DNA from: the human T2T-CHM13v2.0 reference genome, Homo sapiens
Assembly (NCBI RefSeq): GCF_009914755.1
Contig: NC_060925.1
DNA length: 64,000 bases
Direction: 5' to 3' (one strand)
The translations under genes were made by a program, and so were the position numbers. The notes below the pieces were generated by a model that saw only the letters and a program-made list of their open reading frames with translations, was not told the origin of the DNA and did no database searches. Positions 44,743-62,948 of the stretch are shown in pieces. Positions within the stretch are counted from its first letter, which is position 1. The number at the start of each line of letters is the position of its first letter.

Positions 44743-45317
44743 GAGAATGTTACATTGAGGTCATGAAGTTGGGGGCAGTGTTATCTTGACAAAATAGAAG
44801 GCGAATCAGTATTCTAAATGATATTCATATTTTATATTTATATATGTAAATATATATAAAAAGAAATTTAATATACATATTTATGTTTATCTCAAGATGC
44901 AGCACTGCCCTCCGGAGCTGTTGAAGAGGAGCAGGTGTTTGCAGAGACTCACAAAAAGGCCCGGCCCCAGTTGAAAGACCAGCCTTGCACTACTTTATAA
45001 GATGCTGCCAATGCAGAATTGTTCATGAAGCACATAGAGCTTTTCTACCTCAGCACAAACAGCATTCACTCTTCAGGTCACTCATCCAGGCCTGCAAGAG
45101 ACGGTGAAGCAGGTTTATTCTCCAGGCCACTTAAGTCATCTAAAGTATCCCCTTTTTGGGCAGAAACAGGTGACATTAAGAGAAACTTGAAAAAATGTAG
45201 AGTGTGGGATCTTCGAAAGATTGGATAGCTCTGGCCTCCTCCTCTCCCAGCCACCCCCCACTCCCAGGCCCAAGTGTCTGCTCCACCAACATAAATCAGT
45301 GTTGAAATATAAAGATT

Positions 45318-45642
<325 letters not shown>

Positions 45643-45744
45643 CTAAATCTGTTTGTTCCAGAGACTTTCCAAGGATCAAAGCAAGAGTAAACTAAAGGTA
45701 AACCTGAGAATGGAGAACAAAGTTACTCTGTTTCATCATTATCA

Positions 45745-46172
45745 CCTCCCTTACACTCCTGGAGGTCAGCAGTCCAAAATCAGGTCCCCTACACTAACTT
45801 CAAGGTGTCTGCAGGGCTGGTTCCATCTGGAGACTCTAGGGGAGAACCCATTTCCTTGCTGTTTCCAGCTCCTGGTGGCCACCTGCATTCCTTGGCTTGT
45901 GGCCCCTTCCTCCATCTTCAAAGTGCATCACCCAATCTCTGCTCCCTCACCACATCACCGTCTCCCCTTCTGTAGTCAAATGTTCCTCTGTCTCCTTTTT
46001 ATAAGCATTCTTATTATCATATTTATGGCCCACGAGGATAATCCAGGATAATCCCCCATCTCAAGATTCTTAATCATGTCCACAAAGTTCCCTTTGCCAT
46101 GTAAGGTCTTATTCACAGGTTCCAGGGATTAGGATGTAGACACTCTAGAGGGTCATTATTAACTCACCACAC
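45745..46172 (-). mobile_element. MLT1D/E-like MaLR LTR
   Basis: GGAGGTCAGCAGTCCAAAATCAGG..GGATAATCCAGGATAATC..CAGGTTCCAGGGATTAGGA. Confidence 0.75.
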
Positions 46173-46988
46173 AAGTATTCGAGAATTTTCTCTGTATTCT
46201 GGCTTTATCATTTGTTTTGATTAAAGAATATATATTTAAAATATGCTTTTATCTTAAATATAATTTCTATCTTTCACATTTATGACTGTTCTCATACAAC
46301 TGAGGTTTTGTGGTATATATAAAATGATCTTTGACCAATCTTATTAATTCCCAAGGCTCAGCCCTGGGATTTAGGGATTTGATTAAGACCTATTTCCAGG
46401 GAAACTGCTGATGGCTGCCTTCTCTGGATTTCCCGCCAAATCTCCATGCTCCCTCTGCCTGGGAATTGTTTTCCAGTCTTGACTGATTATATTTTTTTTA
46501 TATAGAGAAGGGGGATCTTGCTACATTGTCCAGACTGGACTTGAACTCCTGGCTCAAGCAATTATCCTAACTCAGCCTCCAGAGTAGCAGGGACTACAGG
46601 CGTGTCTCACCACACCCAGCAAGACAAATTTCTTTTTATCACCATGCTTTCTTCCAAATCTCTTGTCTATGCCACAACTCTTTTCCATTTACTGATGAGC
46701 TTTTGGAAATTTAAAAATTGAGAATAGACTAAGTTTTCTCTGCTCTCTCCCCTCACCTCTATTCCCTCAGTCCTTGAGCACAAAATGTTATATCTTGTGC
46801 AGTTAAATAAAGTAAAAAAAGTAAAACCTGGGGATTGTGAGGGGGTTGAAACATGCTGAGAAAAACCAGTCAATTGATATTGAAAACACGCCATCCACTG
46901 CAGTTGTAAAACAACTGGACACATTCCTTTAGTTTTGACTCTAGTCTCCAAGCCGAAAGGTGGCTGGGGAAAGAAAGTGGAGGGACAG

Positions 46989-47981
46989 GCGGGGCTGGCT
47001 TCGGGGTGGAAATCCGTAGACACAGAGACCTGCCCTCAGGAGTGCCTGGAGCTGGGTCTTGTGCTCTGCGGTGGATGGGTTGAGATTTTCAGTGATTTTA
47101 TCTTTGAACTTGTGTTTTGTGAGTGAAGTTGGTGGGACAGAGGAGCATGTTTCTGAGCATAGGAGGTAGGATGACGGCTGTGTCCTGCACTTCTAGCCTC
47201 CTCATCTGCATGGAGCATTCAGGGTGCCCGTGAGCCCAGCATTACCCAGGACAATGTGAGAGAGGGCAGTGAATACAAGCAAAGCGAGTGACATCTGCCA
47301 CTCAGTAAAAAAGGGCATGGGCCACCCACAGAGGCCACATGCTCCCCGCACACCAGAACTTGCACCAGATGCAGAAAGAAGGCAATGTTGTTCTAAGAAA
47401 CATGAACAACCAGGAACCTCAGCATATCCTTCCACACCCCTATTACTTCCCAGGGTCAGCCAACCACTTACGCTGAGAATGGTGACATAGAAGGAAAGGA
47501 ACAGATAGGGTAACCCATAGTTCCTTGTCTTTTCAGCCCTTCCTTACTCATCAGTTAGCCAGAGGAAGGAGTGTTGGTAGAATGTGTGTGCATCAAGAAG
47601 CAAAATAAAAGCAGTTGCGTTTATTTTGTGCAGGATTTCCACCCTTCTGTGAAGAACAAAATCCATATGCCTATACCAGTTTTGAGATTGAGTTGTGTCA
47701 TTCTGGTGGGTCCACATATGAGTGATTCAAAGCTAGCATTGCAAACTCTAAAGATAAATGGTAAAATTCATCCTGATGATTAAAATTTCAAATACTTCTT
47801 TACCTAGGGCAGCATTAAATAGGAAATAAAAACACCATGACAAGCCAAGAGAGAGACCCCAGAAGAAAGAAAAATTCTTTCTATTTTAGTATCTTTAACA
47901 GTGCTTTTCTTTATGCTTTTTGACCAAAAGGTCCTATATTTTCCTTTTGCACTAAGGTTGCAAATTCTATAGCCAGCCCTG
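46989..47981 (+). mobile_element. MER45B-like hAT-Tip100 element
   Basis: TTATCTTTGAACTTGTGTTTTGT, GCAGAAAGAAGGCAATG..CTAAGAAACA, AGCCAACCACTTACGCTGA; 3' end TTTTGCACT..GCAAATT..TAGCCAGCCCTG. Confidence 0.75.
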
Positions 47982-48149
47982 GGAACAGCTGTGCAGTAAC
48001 TGGATGACCCTGTGGGGCAAATGCCAATGATTTCCTTCCCTGCCTCCTGCCCTGACACAGTAGCGCCACACAAACCCCCCAAACTGAAATAAAACCTTAG
48101 GGCAAAAGGAAGGACCCTCAATTTGAAAGAGATCATTTCTGAAACATAG

Positions 48150-49058
<909 letters not shown>

Positions 49059-51239
49059 TAGGCAAAATTGCATTTGAAACAGAAATTTAGACACATTTCA
49101 GAAAACTAAAATTATATTTCTTGTGCACCTTAGTAGATAGACATATGGTGAGCCATCCTTTGCACTTCCATGTAACTCCACATATCCACAATCAAAACAA
49201 CTCCCAAGGCTCCCTAGTGTGGGATTTGGCCCCTTTATGTTCAGTAGCAACATAAACCTCCCTGGGGCTTTTGTTTTGTTCTAGCAGAAAATTAACAGGA
49301 AGAGGAATTGAGCATTTGGGCATCTCGTTGGTGTTTGTTCTTAATCATACTCTACTCAATCATTCAAACCTAATTAAGCTCTTGGCATCATAGAGCAGGG
49401 ATAAGTTTAATTACATGTCATTGGCCGCCAGTGTGCCTTTCTTATTTTTGTTACTATTTATGTTACTTTTAGATACAAGAGACAGGCTTCTTTTAAAATC
49501 CATAATTTATCAAATAAAAGACACTTGTTGAGCACCTTCTATGCCCAACACACTATTAATTGGCAAAATTAACCATTTTGCCATTTCCTTTGAAGAGAAA
49601 GTATAACTTCGTTTTGTCTTCCTTGAGAAAATTTCTCCAGGGAGAATCCTAAAAGTTCAGAAAGGGTTCCAAAGAAATCCACTGGCAGCTGGCTGAATCA
49701 TTCTTCACAGTAGAGCAGAATCATTTTAAAACAGGTTAATCTTGAATATCCAGGCAAAGAGACTGTTTTAAAGTCATCTCAAACCATGGGTTCCATTATT
49801 ATGAGGAATAGTAGTTGTAATCTCAATAGCTACTGTTAAGAACGACTCTGCTTATTGAAAGCTGCTGAGCTCCCACTGGCATTATCTCATCATCCTTAGG
49901 ACAGCCCACTGGGGACACATTATTTTCATCTTCGTCTTATGGACGAGCACTAAGCCTTGGTGAGAAGTCACACAACTCTCCCAAGGGCCTGGAGCTATTG
50001 AGAGGGCAGCTGGAATCTCCGTCCATTCTGATTCCAGTGCCTGTGTTTGCAAACACTGGGCGACACTGGCCTTTCAATGTGTGGGACTGCTGATGGAGGC
50101 AGAGGTGAGACAGCAAAGTCACCTGGTCCACCCCCTTCCTCAAGATGATCTCAGCACAGCCTGCAGTGACTGCCTCGGATGGGAATGACAGCCAAATGCT
50201 GTAGAGGGCGTATTTCAGGGAGTGGATATGGTGGTAAAGGTATGCTAAAAACTCACATTGTGGACGGAGGGAAACGAGGCTTGGGGTCTATATTGCAGTG
50301 GTCTCCAAACATTTTTTATTGTGTATCTCTCTTTCCAAAAAACAATTTTTATTCAGAACATATGACCAATGTAAGTATATCTATATATATATTTAAATGT
50401 ATGTTTATTTAATATTTATAAATTATTTACTTACACGATTGTACTAAATTATTGTGGGCATTATAAATGTTATGCAAAAGATAAACATTTAAAAGGGTGA
50501 CATGAAAATTAAATAAACTTCTGTATAACTTCTAAATTAATTCAAAACTTCTAATATTTTCTTCCCACAACTCACTGAGTTATCTTTCAGGTGCTGCTTT
50601 GCAGGACACTTTTTGAAAGAGAAATATGGCTCTTTGATTTTTACCATTAAACCCCAGGATTCATTTCTAAAGTGAGAAAATAGAGATTTTTTTAAAAAAG
50701 AAATTTCTTCATGATGATTAGAGGAGACGGAAACCAGTTGTTCCTTGTCCCCTGATCTATAATTCAGCTCTATCAGTGTCTGGAAGCTACAACTCTAGGG
50801 CCCAAACCTCTCATCCCAGACTCAGTGAACCAAAACTTCAAAAATGTATTTCACTTAAAATCAGTCTAATCACATAATTCTTGTAGTCATTAATGCTCCA
50901 AAAATCAAAGTAAATGTTTGAGGCCTCCTTCCAGGTTAACAAACAAAACTGCGAAACCAACCTTTAGGGGAAACACATAACTTGACTGGGGAGGAGAAAA
51001 CGGAATCATAGCGCATGCTAGCAGGATGAGTGTTAGAGAACTCTTTGCCACCCAGAGGGCTTAAGGTAGGGAGAAAAACAAAGAGTTATAGTGATCAAAA
51101 GCCAGCAGAGTTTTAGAATTCGACATAATCTACTTCCTGATGGAGAGAAGGAGAATGTTGTATGGGACTTTTTCTGTGGGAAGGAAAGAGAAAATGGATT
51201 TAGACTTCTGCAGGATTTTCTGATTATAAAAAAAATTAA

Positions 51240-51574
51240 GCATGCTGTAACACAGTACCTCAGACTGAGTAAATTATAAAGAACAGAAATTTATTTCTCA
51301 CAGTTCTGGCAGCTGGGAAATTTGAGATCAAGGCACTGGGAGGTTCAGTGTCTGGTGAGGACTTGGTACATCCTCCCAAAATGGCGTCTTGACAGCTGAA
51401 TCTTCCAGAGGAGAGAAACGCTGGGTCCTTGCATGGCAGAAGTACACAAGAGGAGCATAAAGGCTCTGCCCTTATGTCGTAAACACCCCCCAAAAGGCCA
51501 CACCTCTGAACACTGTTACATTGAGAATTACATCTCCCTCACACGAACTTTGGGGACACATTTGGACCACAGCA
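51240..51574 (-). mobile_element. MaLR LTR (MST/MLT1A-like)
   Basis: GCTGTAACACAGTACCTCAGACTGAGTAAATTATAAAGAACAGAAATTTATTTCTCACAGTTCTGG. Confidence 0.75.
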
Positions 51575-51732
51575 GATGCCAATGAATTATTTACAGTGGG
51601 CTAGGAAGATGCCTGAAATAGGGAAGTGGGCTTTGTCACCATCCTGCCAGGTTGTCAGCATCTTATTGAGCACTTACCGTGTGCAAGGCTGTCTTTTACT
51701 GGAATGCCAAGAATCGATGTATGAATCTGATC

Positions 51733-51800
51733 GCTGGCTGCCATGTAAAATTGTTCAGATTGTGCACTGCACAAGGCCCCACAACTAAGAAGATAACCTT
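51733..51800 (+). mobile_element. hAT-Tip100 (MER91/Zaphod-like) 5' terminus
   Basis: GGCTGCCATGTAAAATTGTTCAGATTGTGCACTGCACAAGG resembles the MER91 terminus as I recall it. Confidence 0.45.
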
Positions 51801-53254
51801 AATGTTACAGATATCTTTGTTATTTTGAACATTTTTTAAAAATTACTAATTTGTTGACTCCAAAGATGGGCAATTTATTGCTTATTATGACATTTTTCTT
51901 GGGTAGGTAGCATAAAACTGCCTTCTTTTTAAAAATTCAAGTCAATATGTTATAACAATTTTCTGAAAGGCAGAGATAAAGTGCTTCTTTCCACGTAATA
52001 TGGTGTTCATAGTAGACTGTTGTATTCTTTAAGCCCAACTTTTATAGAATGTACATATTTCTCAATACAAAAATTTTAGCTGATGTTTATATAAAAATTA
52101 ATTCCCAGTCCTGGCCCAGATTGCAGATGAAACCTCCACTATCATTGAGAAGCCATAGCAAAGAGTCTTTCTACAAACAACATGGGATTATGAAAGAAAT
52201 TAGCCGTGCAATTTGTGGCTGATTTCAAAGACTCTGAAGAGGTGGTGGATGCCCAGGAAAGCTGTGATGCCTGCAAAAGCAGACACCTTGGAAGATAGTG
52301 AAAAGATGTCAAAGAGCTCTTTAAAAAATATATACTGAGGTATTATTGATCACTGAGTTTGAGGAAGATTAAAGTGAAGACCTGGAAGAGCATCATATCG
52401 ACCCCTGAACATCACTGGTTTAAGTTAATGTAAGCAATGCTATCCCTATTCTTGATATGAAGCCATAGGATGGAAAGTCTTGCTTTTAAGAATGGCCTCA
52501 TGCCTTGATAATACCCTACAATGAAATGTCTGCCCATAAGCTCTCAGTGTAAACAGAGATCCCCTGGGGAATTTTTTCATCCTGTTGTGTCACCAACTCC
52601 TTTGAAGATTTACCAGGATCCAGGAGCATCTACAGCAGTAGCTTCTCAAGTTTTGTCAGTTCCAGGTGTCTACCTTACTTGGCAGGTAACATTACAGGTA
52701 ATATTCTTAATTTATTGTAATCTTCATTTGCATTTTCCCTGGGGGAACCATTTATTGCTGTATGTTATTTGGTGTGCTGTACTGCTAATGTAATGATGCA
52801 TGCAAACCTCACCTGCTGTTGAATACAGAGCAAATGTTGGTTAACAGTGTATTAATTGTTTTGTGATCAAGAAGCAATATTTTAAGCATTTTATATTCCT
52901 TTTGAGTTTGTTACTTACATACAGGCATTTCATTGTTTTTGTTTGTCTTGTAAGTTGGTTAGAGATTGACATATACATTTCTGCTGACATATTCTGTATA
53001 ATAAATTTGCCTTTTAAAATAATGGAGGAAACACTATTATTTTGTTGCTCAGAACATTTGACTTTCAAGAATGCATTAATTAATGCTAGGTGGGAAGTAC
53101 CTGTGTGGTGTTCTGCTTTGATTGTGAAATAAAAGTCCAGTTAGATAAATGAAAGACCTTTTTGCCCAAACAATTTCTAAAATAAGCTGCTTCTAGACAA
53201 AGAACTGCTTTTCTGATTCATGTACTGATAACTTAAAATTAAAAACAAAACACC

Positions 53255-54930
53255 ATTGTGGTATATCACATTAATAGAATGAAAGATAAAAACCACATAC
53301 TCATCTCAATTGATGCAGAAAAAAACATTTGACAAAGTTCAGGATCCTTTCTTGATTAAAACCCCTTTCTTGATGCTTTGTACACTAACAACTATAAAAA
53401 TTGATGAAAGAAATTAAAGAAGACACAAATAAATGGAAGTGTGTCTCATCTTCATGGATGGAAAGAATTAATATTGCTAAAGTGCCCATTTACCCAAAGC
53501 AATATACATATTTCATGCAATCTCTATCAAAATTCCAATTGCATTCTTCACAGAAATAAAACACACAATCCTAAGATTCATATAAAACCACAAAAAACCC
53601 CGAATAGCCAAAGCAATACTGAGAAAGAAAAACAAAGTTGGAGACATCACACTTTCTGATTTAAAATTACAGTATATTACAAAGCTATAGTAATCAAAAC
53701 AGTATGGTACTGGCATAAACAGAAACATAGTCCAATGGAACAGAATAGAAAGCCCAGGAATAAATCCAAACATACGTGGTCCACTAATTTTTGACAGACA
53801 CCAAAGGACACCATAGGGAACAGATAGTCCCTTCAATAAATAGTACTGGGAAAACTGGATTTCCACAAGCAAAAGAATGAAATTGGAACCTTATTTTATA
53901 CCATACACAAATATCAACTCAAAATGGAAAAAAGTCCTAAATGTAAGACCTGAAATCATGAAAGTTATACAGGGAAATATAGCTCCGTGACATTGGCCTT
54001 GGCAATAATTTTTGGGGTATCACACCAAAAGCTTAGGCTAAAACAGCTAATATAAATAAGGCTACATCAAACTAAAAAGCTTCTGCACAGAAAAGGAAAT
54101 AATCAACAAAATTCAAAGGCAACCGATAGATTGGTAAAAAATAATTGCAAACCACATATCTAATAAAGGGTTAATAACCAAAATTTATTTAAAAAACTCT
54201 TACAACTCAGTAGTAGGAAAACAAAAAAGCCCAATTAAAAAATGGGCAAAGGCCCTAAACAGACATTTCTCTAAAAAAGACACAAAAGTAGCCAACAGGT
54301 GTATGAAAAGGTACACCACATCACTAATCATAAAGCAAATGTAAATTAAAACCAGTATGAGATACCACCTCACACCTGTAAGGATGGCTATTATCAAAAA
54401 GACAAGAGATAACACATGTTGGTAAGGGTGTGGAGAAAAGGGAACCCCGGTACATTGTTGGTGGAAACGTAGATTGGTACAGTCATTATGGAAAAGAGTA
54501 TGGAGGTTCCTAAAGAAATTAAAGATAGAACCACCATATGACCCAGCAATCCCTCTTCTGTGTATAAACCCCAAAAAGATGAAATCACCACCTCGTAAAG
54601 ATAACAGCACTTCTGTGTTCATTACAGCATTATTCACAATAGCCAAGACATGGACACAACCTAAATGCCCATCTATGGACAAATGGGTAAAGAAAATGTA
54701 ATATACATATTGTATATATGCGTGTGTGTGTTTATGTATGTATATATACACACACACACAGAGATACACACACAGTGGAATATTATTCAGCCTTAAAAAA
54801 TGAAGGAAATCCTGCCATTTGCCACAACATGGATGGACCTGGAGGACATTATGCTAAGTGAAATAAGCCAGATACAGAAAGAAAAATATTGCATGATCTA
54901 ACTTATATGTGGAATAAAAAAGTGGTCAAA
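53255..54930 (+). mobile_element. L1MA/L1PB ORF2 3' part and 3'UTR
   Basis: ATCTCAATTGATGCAGAAAAA, CAAAGCTATAGTAATCAAAACAGTATGGTACTGGCATAAA; translation [12 protein letters not shown]...[16 protein letters not shown]. Confidence 0.9.
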
Positions 54931-55221
54931 TACAGTTTTAATAGCTAATATTCATTAATCAATAAGCCACAAAGTATTACACAGACCTGTGAGAAATTAC
55001 TATAAAATGGTCTGCTAATTATATTATGGCAATTACTTTCAATGATATGGAAATTTTATTGCTATATAAATTACATACTTATTATGTATGTATTACTTTA
55101 AAATTTTACATTCTAAGTTAAAATACTACAAAACACCTATGAAGACTGAATCCAGTAAAAAATAATTTGAGCCAGGAATACAGCTAAGCTGCAAATACGC
55201 ATGGAAAACACAGTAGATTAA

Positions 55222-55573
<352 letters not shown>

Positions 55574-55599
55574 CAGTTTTTTTTTTATTTTTAAACAGT

Positions 55600-57340
<1,741 letters not shown>

Positions 57341-57699
57341 CCCCTGTACGTATCTAGTCTTGCATCTACCCTGCTGATGCCCTCTTTATCCTCACAGGCT
57401 CAGGTTCTCCGCCCTGCATTGCCCCTATCCGTGTTGGTACCCTCCTCACCCTGCTGTGCCTCCGACACCCTGCCAAGCTTCCCCTCAGCAGGCACTCTAA
57501 CTCCTGGCACTGGGCTGCTGCCCCCAACTCCACCCCGTGGGGACAACCATCTCAGAGGCCCCATGCCAGGCTGCCCTGACAGAGGGACACCCTCTTCACT
57601 CTGTTTGGACACTGACACCTCACATCAGGTTCTGTGCCTTCTTTAAACTTGGTAGAAAACAATGCAGGAAAAAAAATATTTTGATACCACTTACACTTT

Positions 57700-58800
57700 T
57701 TGTGCTATCCCAAAATTATGCCACTATTTTCAACCTCAGTGAAAAATGTATTGAAAACACATTTACCAAACATAAATTTAAAATATTGTTGAATACACAT
57801 TGGGAAAGTCAAATTGGTGCCTTCATGTCATGAAAATTCCATTGCTGTCAGCAATTTTGTTTTAGAGGTTCTTAATATTCAATAAAGATATATTCTAGAT
57901 TTTAGCCAAAGGTATACCTTTTATTTATGCTCAAATACACATACATATACACACGTAACTAAAATATTTTTGCTGAGCAAATACACTTTAAAGGTATACC
58001 TTTGGCTAAAATCTACAACTTTATATCTTTATTGAATATTAAGAATAATATGAGTGAATACATTTGGTATAGTATATTAAGTAAAATTAATATTATTAAC
58101 AAACAGTTACAGGAACCAAGATTCAATGTACATAATGCTCTTAAAAACATCAATGGGATTCAGAAATGTTTTGAAGAAAAATGAAGAGACAATATTTATA
58201 AGATATGTATTAGGAACACAAAACAAATTGCAGAGTCTCTTACATTGAAGCTAACTTCTCCGATGTAGAAAACACTTTTAAAAGACAAGGAAAACTCATT
58301 TAATCTTCAAATCCCATGATCAGCCCAACTATGATCCCAAATTAGTTGGAAAGTAAATTTCTTTTTTCTTTGTTACAACAGTGTCACCTTCCAAAGACAG
58401 GTTTATGATACTGCGCATCGTGACCTACCAGTGATCTAGATGCCATGTGCTTGAGAATCATCATGCACATGTGGCACTCTACTATGTGCAAATTTACAAA
58501 ACAAGTATACTGTATATATATAAGCAATGTGAAATTGATGGGATATTAACATACAAGGAGCTAAAAGCCTCAAGTTACTTTCTAACGTCTAGTATGTCCT
58601 GTGTGGATGTATTTTAATATATTTGCAGCAATGGCTTTATCAGACGCTTCTCTACATATTTCTGTACTTCTCAGGACTTATTTAAGTTTGCCAATATAGT
58701 TCCTCAGAATTCAAATGTATTGAAAAAGACTGAAGGCCTATAATGGCATAAGAAAGGCAGTCAAGTCTAACAATGACGTCTGTAGAAAACAGGGTATTGG
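57700..58800 (+). pseudogene. Fossil hAT-Tip100 (Zaphod/ZMYM1-like) transposase C-terminal half
   Basis: KILLNTHWESQIGA (cf. LSxTRWESRIDA); LAKIYNFISLL..IWYSILSKINIINKQLQ; hATC-like HISVLLRTYLSLPI*..KRLKAY..SLTMTSVEN at 58655-58790. Confidence 0.65.
57869..58045. repeat. Inverted repeat, about 55-bp arms with about 68-bp spacer
   Basis: TTCTTAATATTCAATAAAGATATA..TAGATTTTAGCCAAAGGTATACCTTT versus AAAGGTATACCTTTGGCTAAAATCTA..TATATCTTTATTGAATATTAAGAA. Confidence 0.9.
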
Positions 58801-59139
58801 GGCAAGTAAGCAATGAAACAATCTTCACATTGTTGTCATGAAAGCAAAATATGTAAGTATTTTATAGATTGGTGACTTTGAGTTTCTAATTATTGTGATT
58901 AAAATGTCCATTTTGTATAATTTAATTTGCAAAATCTATACAGATTAGTTTCATTTTGGTGATTATTGTTATTGAAAAACAAACAATTTAGTAACGCCAG
59001 TTTTTCCCTTTTTGGAAAGGGCATTCTTTTCTAATTCTCTGCAAGGTGTCATAGGGGCCTAAGCAGGTCTGGCATACTGGATAACCTCTGCCAGCTTCTG
59101 ACTGTGCAACCTTCACAGGAAAGAAGGGAATCCCTGGGG

Positions 59140-60400
<1,261 letters not shown>

Positions 60401-60694
60401 AAAGATGTAAGCCAAGGTGAGACAATAAATAAATAAATAAATATTAAAAATAAAAAGAAGGGAATCCCCGCAGCCCTTCTTACTGCCTTTAGGAGGTACT
60501 TATTTTAACCCCCAAGTTTCAGGTTAGACATTTCCCTACTCCTTTTACCTGGAAAATAACTACTTAATCCATGGGTCATAGATTTAAGTGCTTCCCTTGG
60601 GGCCTCCCTAACTCTTAGGCCAGCTTGGAGCTCTGGGTCTCTGCTCCCAGAAGACCCAACCTTTGGTGAGCAATTACACAAAAACAGTACTTAC

Positions 60695-60990
60695 ATGTGC
60701 TACCAGTCAGGTCTACCATCTGTCTGTCCTTTTTATCTCCAGAGAGTACTGCCTGGTTGTTCTGTGGTGAGCAGGTCTAGGCAAACATACTCCCAAAGGC
60801 TGAGGAAGTTGAGAGACCAAAGAAAGAGGCTGGCAATTCCAGTTTCTCCTAAAGAAGCATTTAATAGGGACTTATGAACAGAATTCTCAGCAGCAAGATG
60901 AGATGGTGGGTCCCCATGCTGCACTGTTACACCCCCCAGTTCCAAGGCTTATATACCATAGGGAAAGGGTACACATGCTTCAGAAGGAAT
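60695..60990. mobile_element. ERV1-class LTR fragment
   Basis: CCCAAAGGCTGAGGAAG..AAGAAAGAGGCTG..ATTTAATAGGGACTTA resembles MER4-group LTRs; subfamily not determined. Confidence 0.45.
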
Positions 60991-61310
60991 TGTTATTTGT
61001 TGTTGAAACTTAACTAGGCATCATGGTTTGTTTGGGATTTTTTTGTATTTTGTTATTGGTTGTCTTGTTTTTTGCTAAATCTGGTAACCCTTTCTCTATG
61101 GCAGAGTGTAGTGTATAGGTGGCAGGAAGGTTTTGGATATTCCAGGTAAACCCACTGGATTGTGGGAGAGCCTGCCTGAAAGATGGGCTGAAAAGATGCA
61201 GGACAGCAAGGAAGCAGTTGTTCCACAACTCCTATTAACAAACGGTAGATCTCTTTCTATGTAACCACATTTAAATTGGTTTGGAAAAACCATGTTTGTT
61301 CTCTTCAGGC

Positions 61311-61740
61311 TGTCAAAAGACAAAATTACAACAAATTTAAAGATCTTAATTGGTTTTACTTATGATTCTAGAATTGGGCAACACCTTATTCTATACCAGA
61401 ATGAATACTCCAATGAGCTGAGCAGAGAAGGTTGGTTTTTCAGACAGGAGAGGGCTGAGAAAGCAGAAACAAAACAAAAAGTGGATTGATTGTTTCAAAG
61501 ATACTTTCCTTATAAAGATTAAAGCAGAGGGGACTCCCTTATCGTGCCAGCTAAAACTGGCTTGTTTGGGGATTTGGCTATCATCTCTCCCTCTCCTGAT
61601 TTTTCAGGTCATATAAACAACTTAGTTTTGGGTTGGTGACATGGAACTTTAGCATGAGTGACTCCATTTTGGTTTGGTCTCTTGGGCTTAGTGCAGGAGC
61701 TCAATCTAAACCAATGGCCACCTATAAATTTTATTTCATA
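61311..61740. mobile_element. ERV1-class solo LTR (MER31-like)
   Basis: TGTCAAAAGACAAAATTACAACAAATTTAAAGATCTTAATTGG ... ACTCCATTTTGGTTTGGTC..ATAAATTTTATTTCA. Confidence 0.55.
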
Positions 61741-61928
61741 AGGCCTTGATGTCTTCATGTCTAAAATAAGAGGACTGAGTCACTGAATCTTTGAGAATCT
61801 ATGAAAGCCGTGGATCTTTCTCTAAAAACGTGCTTATATGTTAAAAAGCAAAAACAGCAACAAACCAGGTACCATTTCAGTTTCACAACCCCAACTTGAG
61901 TGCCTTCCTAGGACCTGGGTCAGGGTGG

Positions 61929-62948
61929 TGTAAGGGCAAATAGAAACTAAAAATTAGAGGCTTAATTTCCTGTTGAAACTAAAGATAGAGACTTCTTCAT
62001 TCTCTCTTTTCTTTCCATTTTTTTTCTGTCTTTTTCAAATGTAAGTCATTCTTTATAATGGCTTAATAAGCCTCTGGTCTGTCTCACAGCTCAGAAATAT
62101 TTCCTCAGGGACCTGGGAGCTATTTTTGAAATGCAATATCAAGGGAGATAGCATCCCTATCTCCTAGTTCCTATGGGAAAGTAAGAACCTACTTGGGAGG
62201 GTAAAAGCCTCACTTTGCTGGGCTACTTGCTCCAATTCACAAAACTACCTTCTTTTTTGTTTTGTTTTGTTTTGTTTTTTGTTGTTTTTTTGTTTTTGTT
62301 TTTGTTTTGAGACATAGTCTCGCTCTGTTGCCCAGGCTGGAGTGCAGTGGCACGATCACGGCTCATTGCAACCTCCTGGGCTCAAGTGATCCTTCTACCT
62401 CAGCCTCTTGAGTAGCTGGGACAACAGATGTGTGCCACCACATCCAACTAATTTTTGTATTTTTTTTATAGAGATTAGGTCTTACTATGATGCCCAGGCT
62501 AGTCTTGAACTCCTGGGCTCAAGCCATCCACCTGCCTCGGCCTCTCAAAGTGCTGGGATTACAGGTGTGAGCCACCGCACCCGGCCTTACTTTCTGTTAC
62601 AAAGATATGAGAAGTTTGTTTCTCCTCTGGATAAAGCTAACACAGGTGGACTCCCCATTACCATAATAAAGTTAGAAGGAACTATGTGTGATGAAAAATG
62701 CTGCCAAGCCCTGTTACTTGAAAACTAGTTATAATTTACCTTGAAAGCTTATATGTGTGAGCCAGACCTGCTTGGCTATATAATGGGGTGAGATTTCTTT
62801 GTCTTTGCAATCTTGTAGCAGATTGTGTTGTATCACATTCTGGTTTAATGCTTATTCAATAATAAAACTGTTTTCTGTTTCTACTACCTTTGTAGAGAGG
62901 ATTTCTGAGTTGGGAGATTTTGTTTCTTTTAATTATATTTCCCCAACA
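61929..62948 (+). mobile_element. ERV1-class LTR interrupted by an AluJ (62250-62586, minus)
   Basis: TGT...ACA termini, TATATAA box near 62777, AATAAA and TCTACTACCTTTGTAGAGAGG near the 3' end. Confidence 0.6.
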
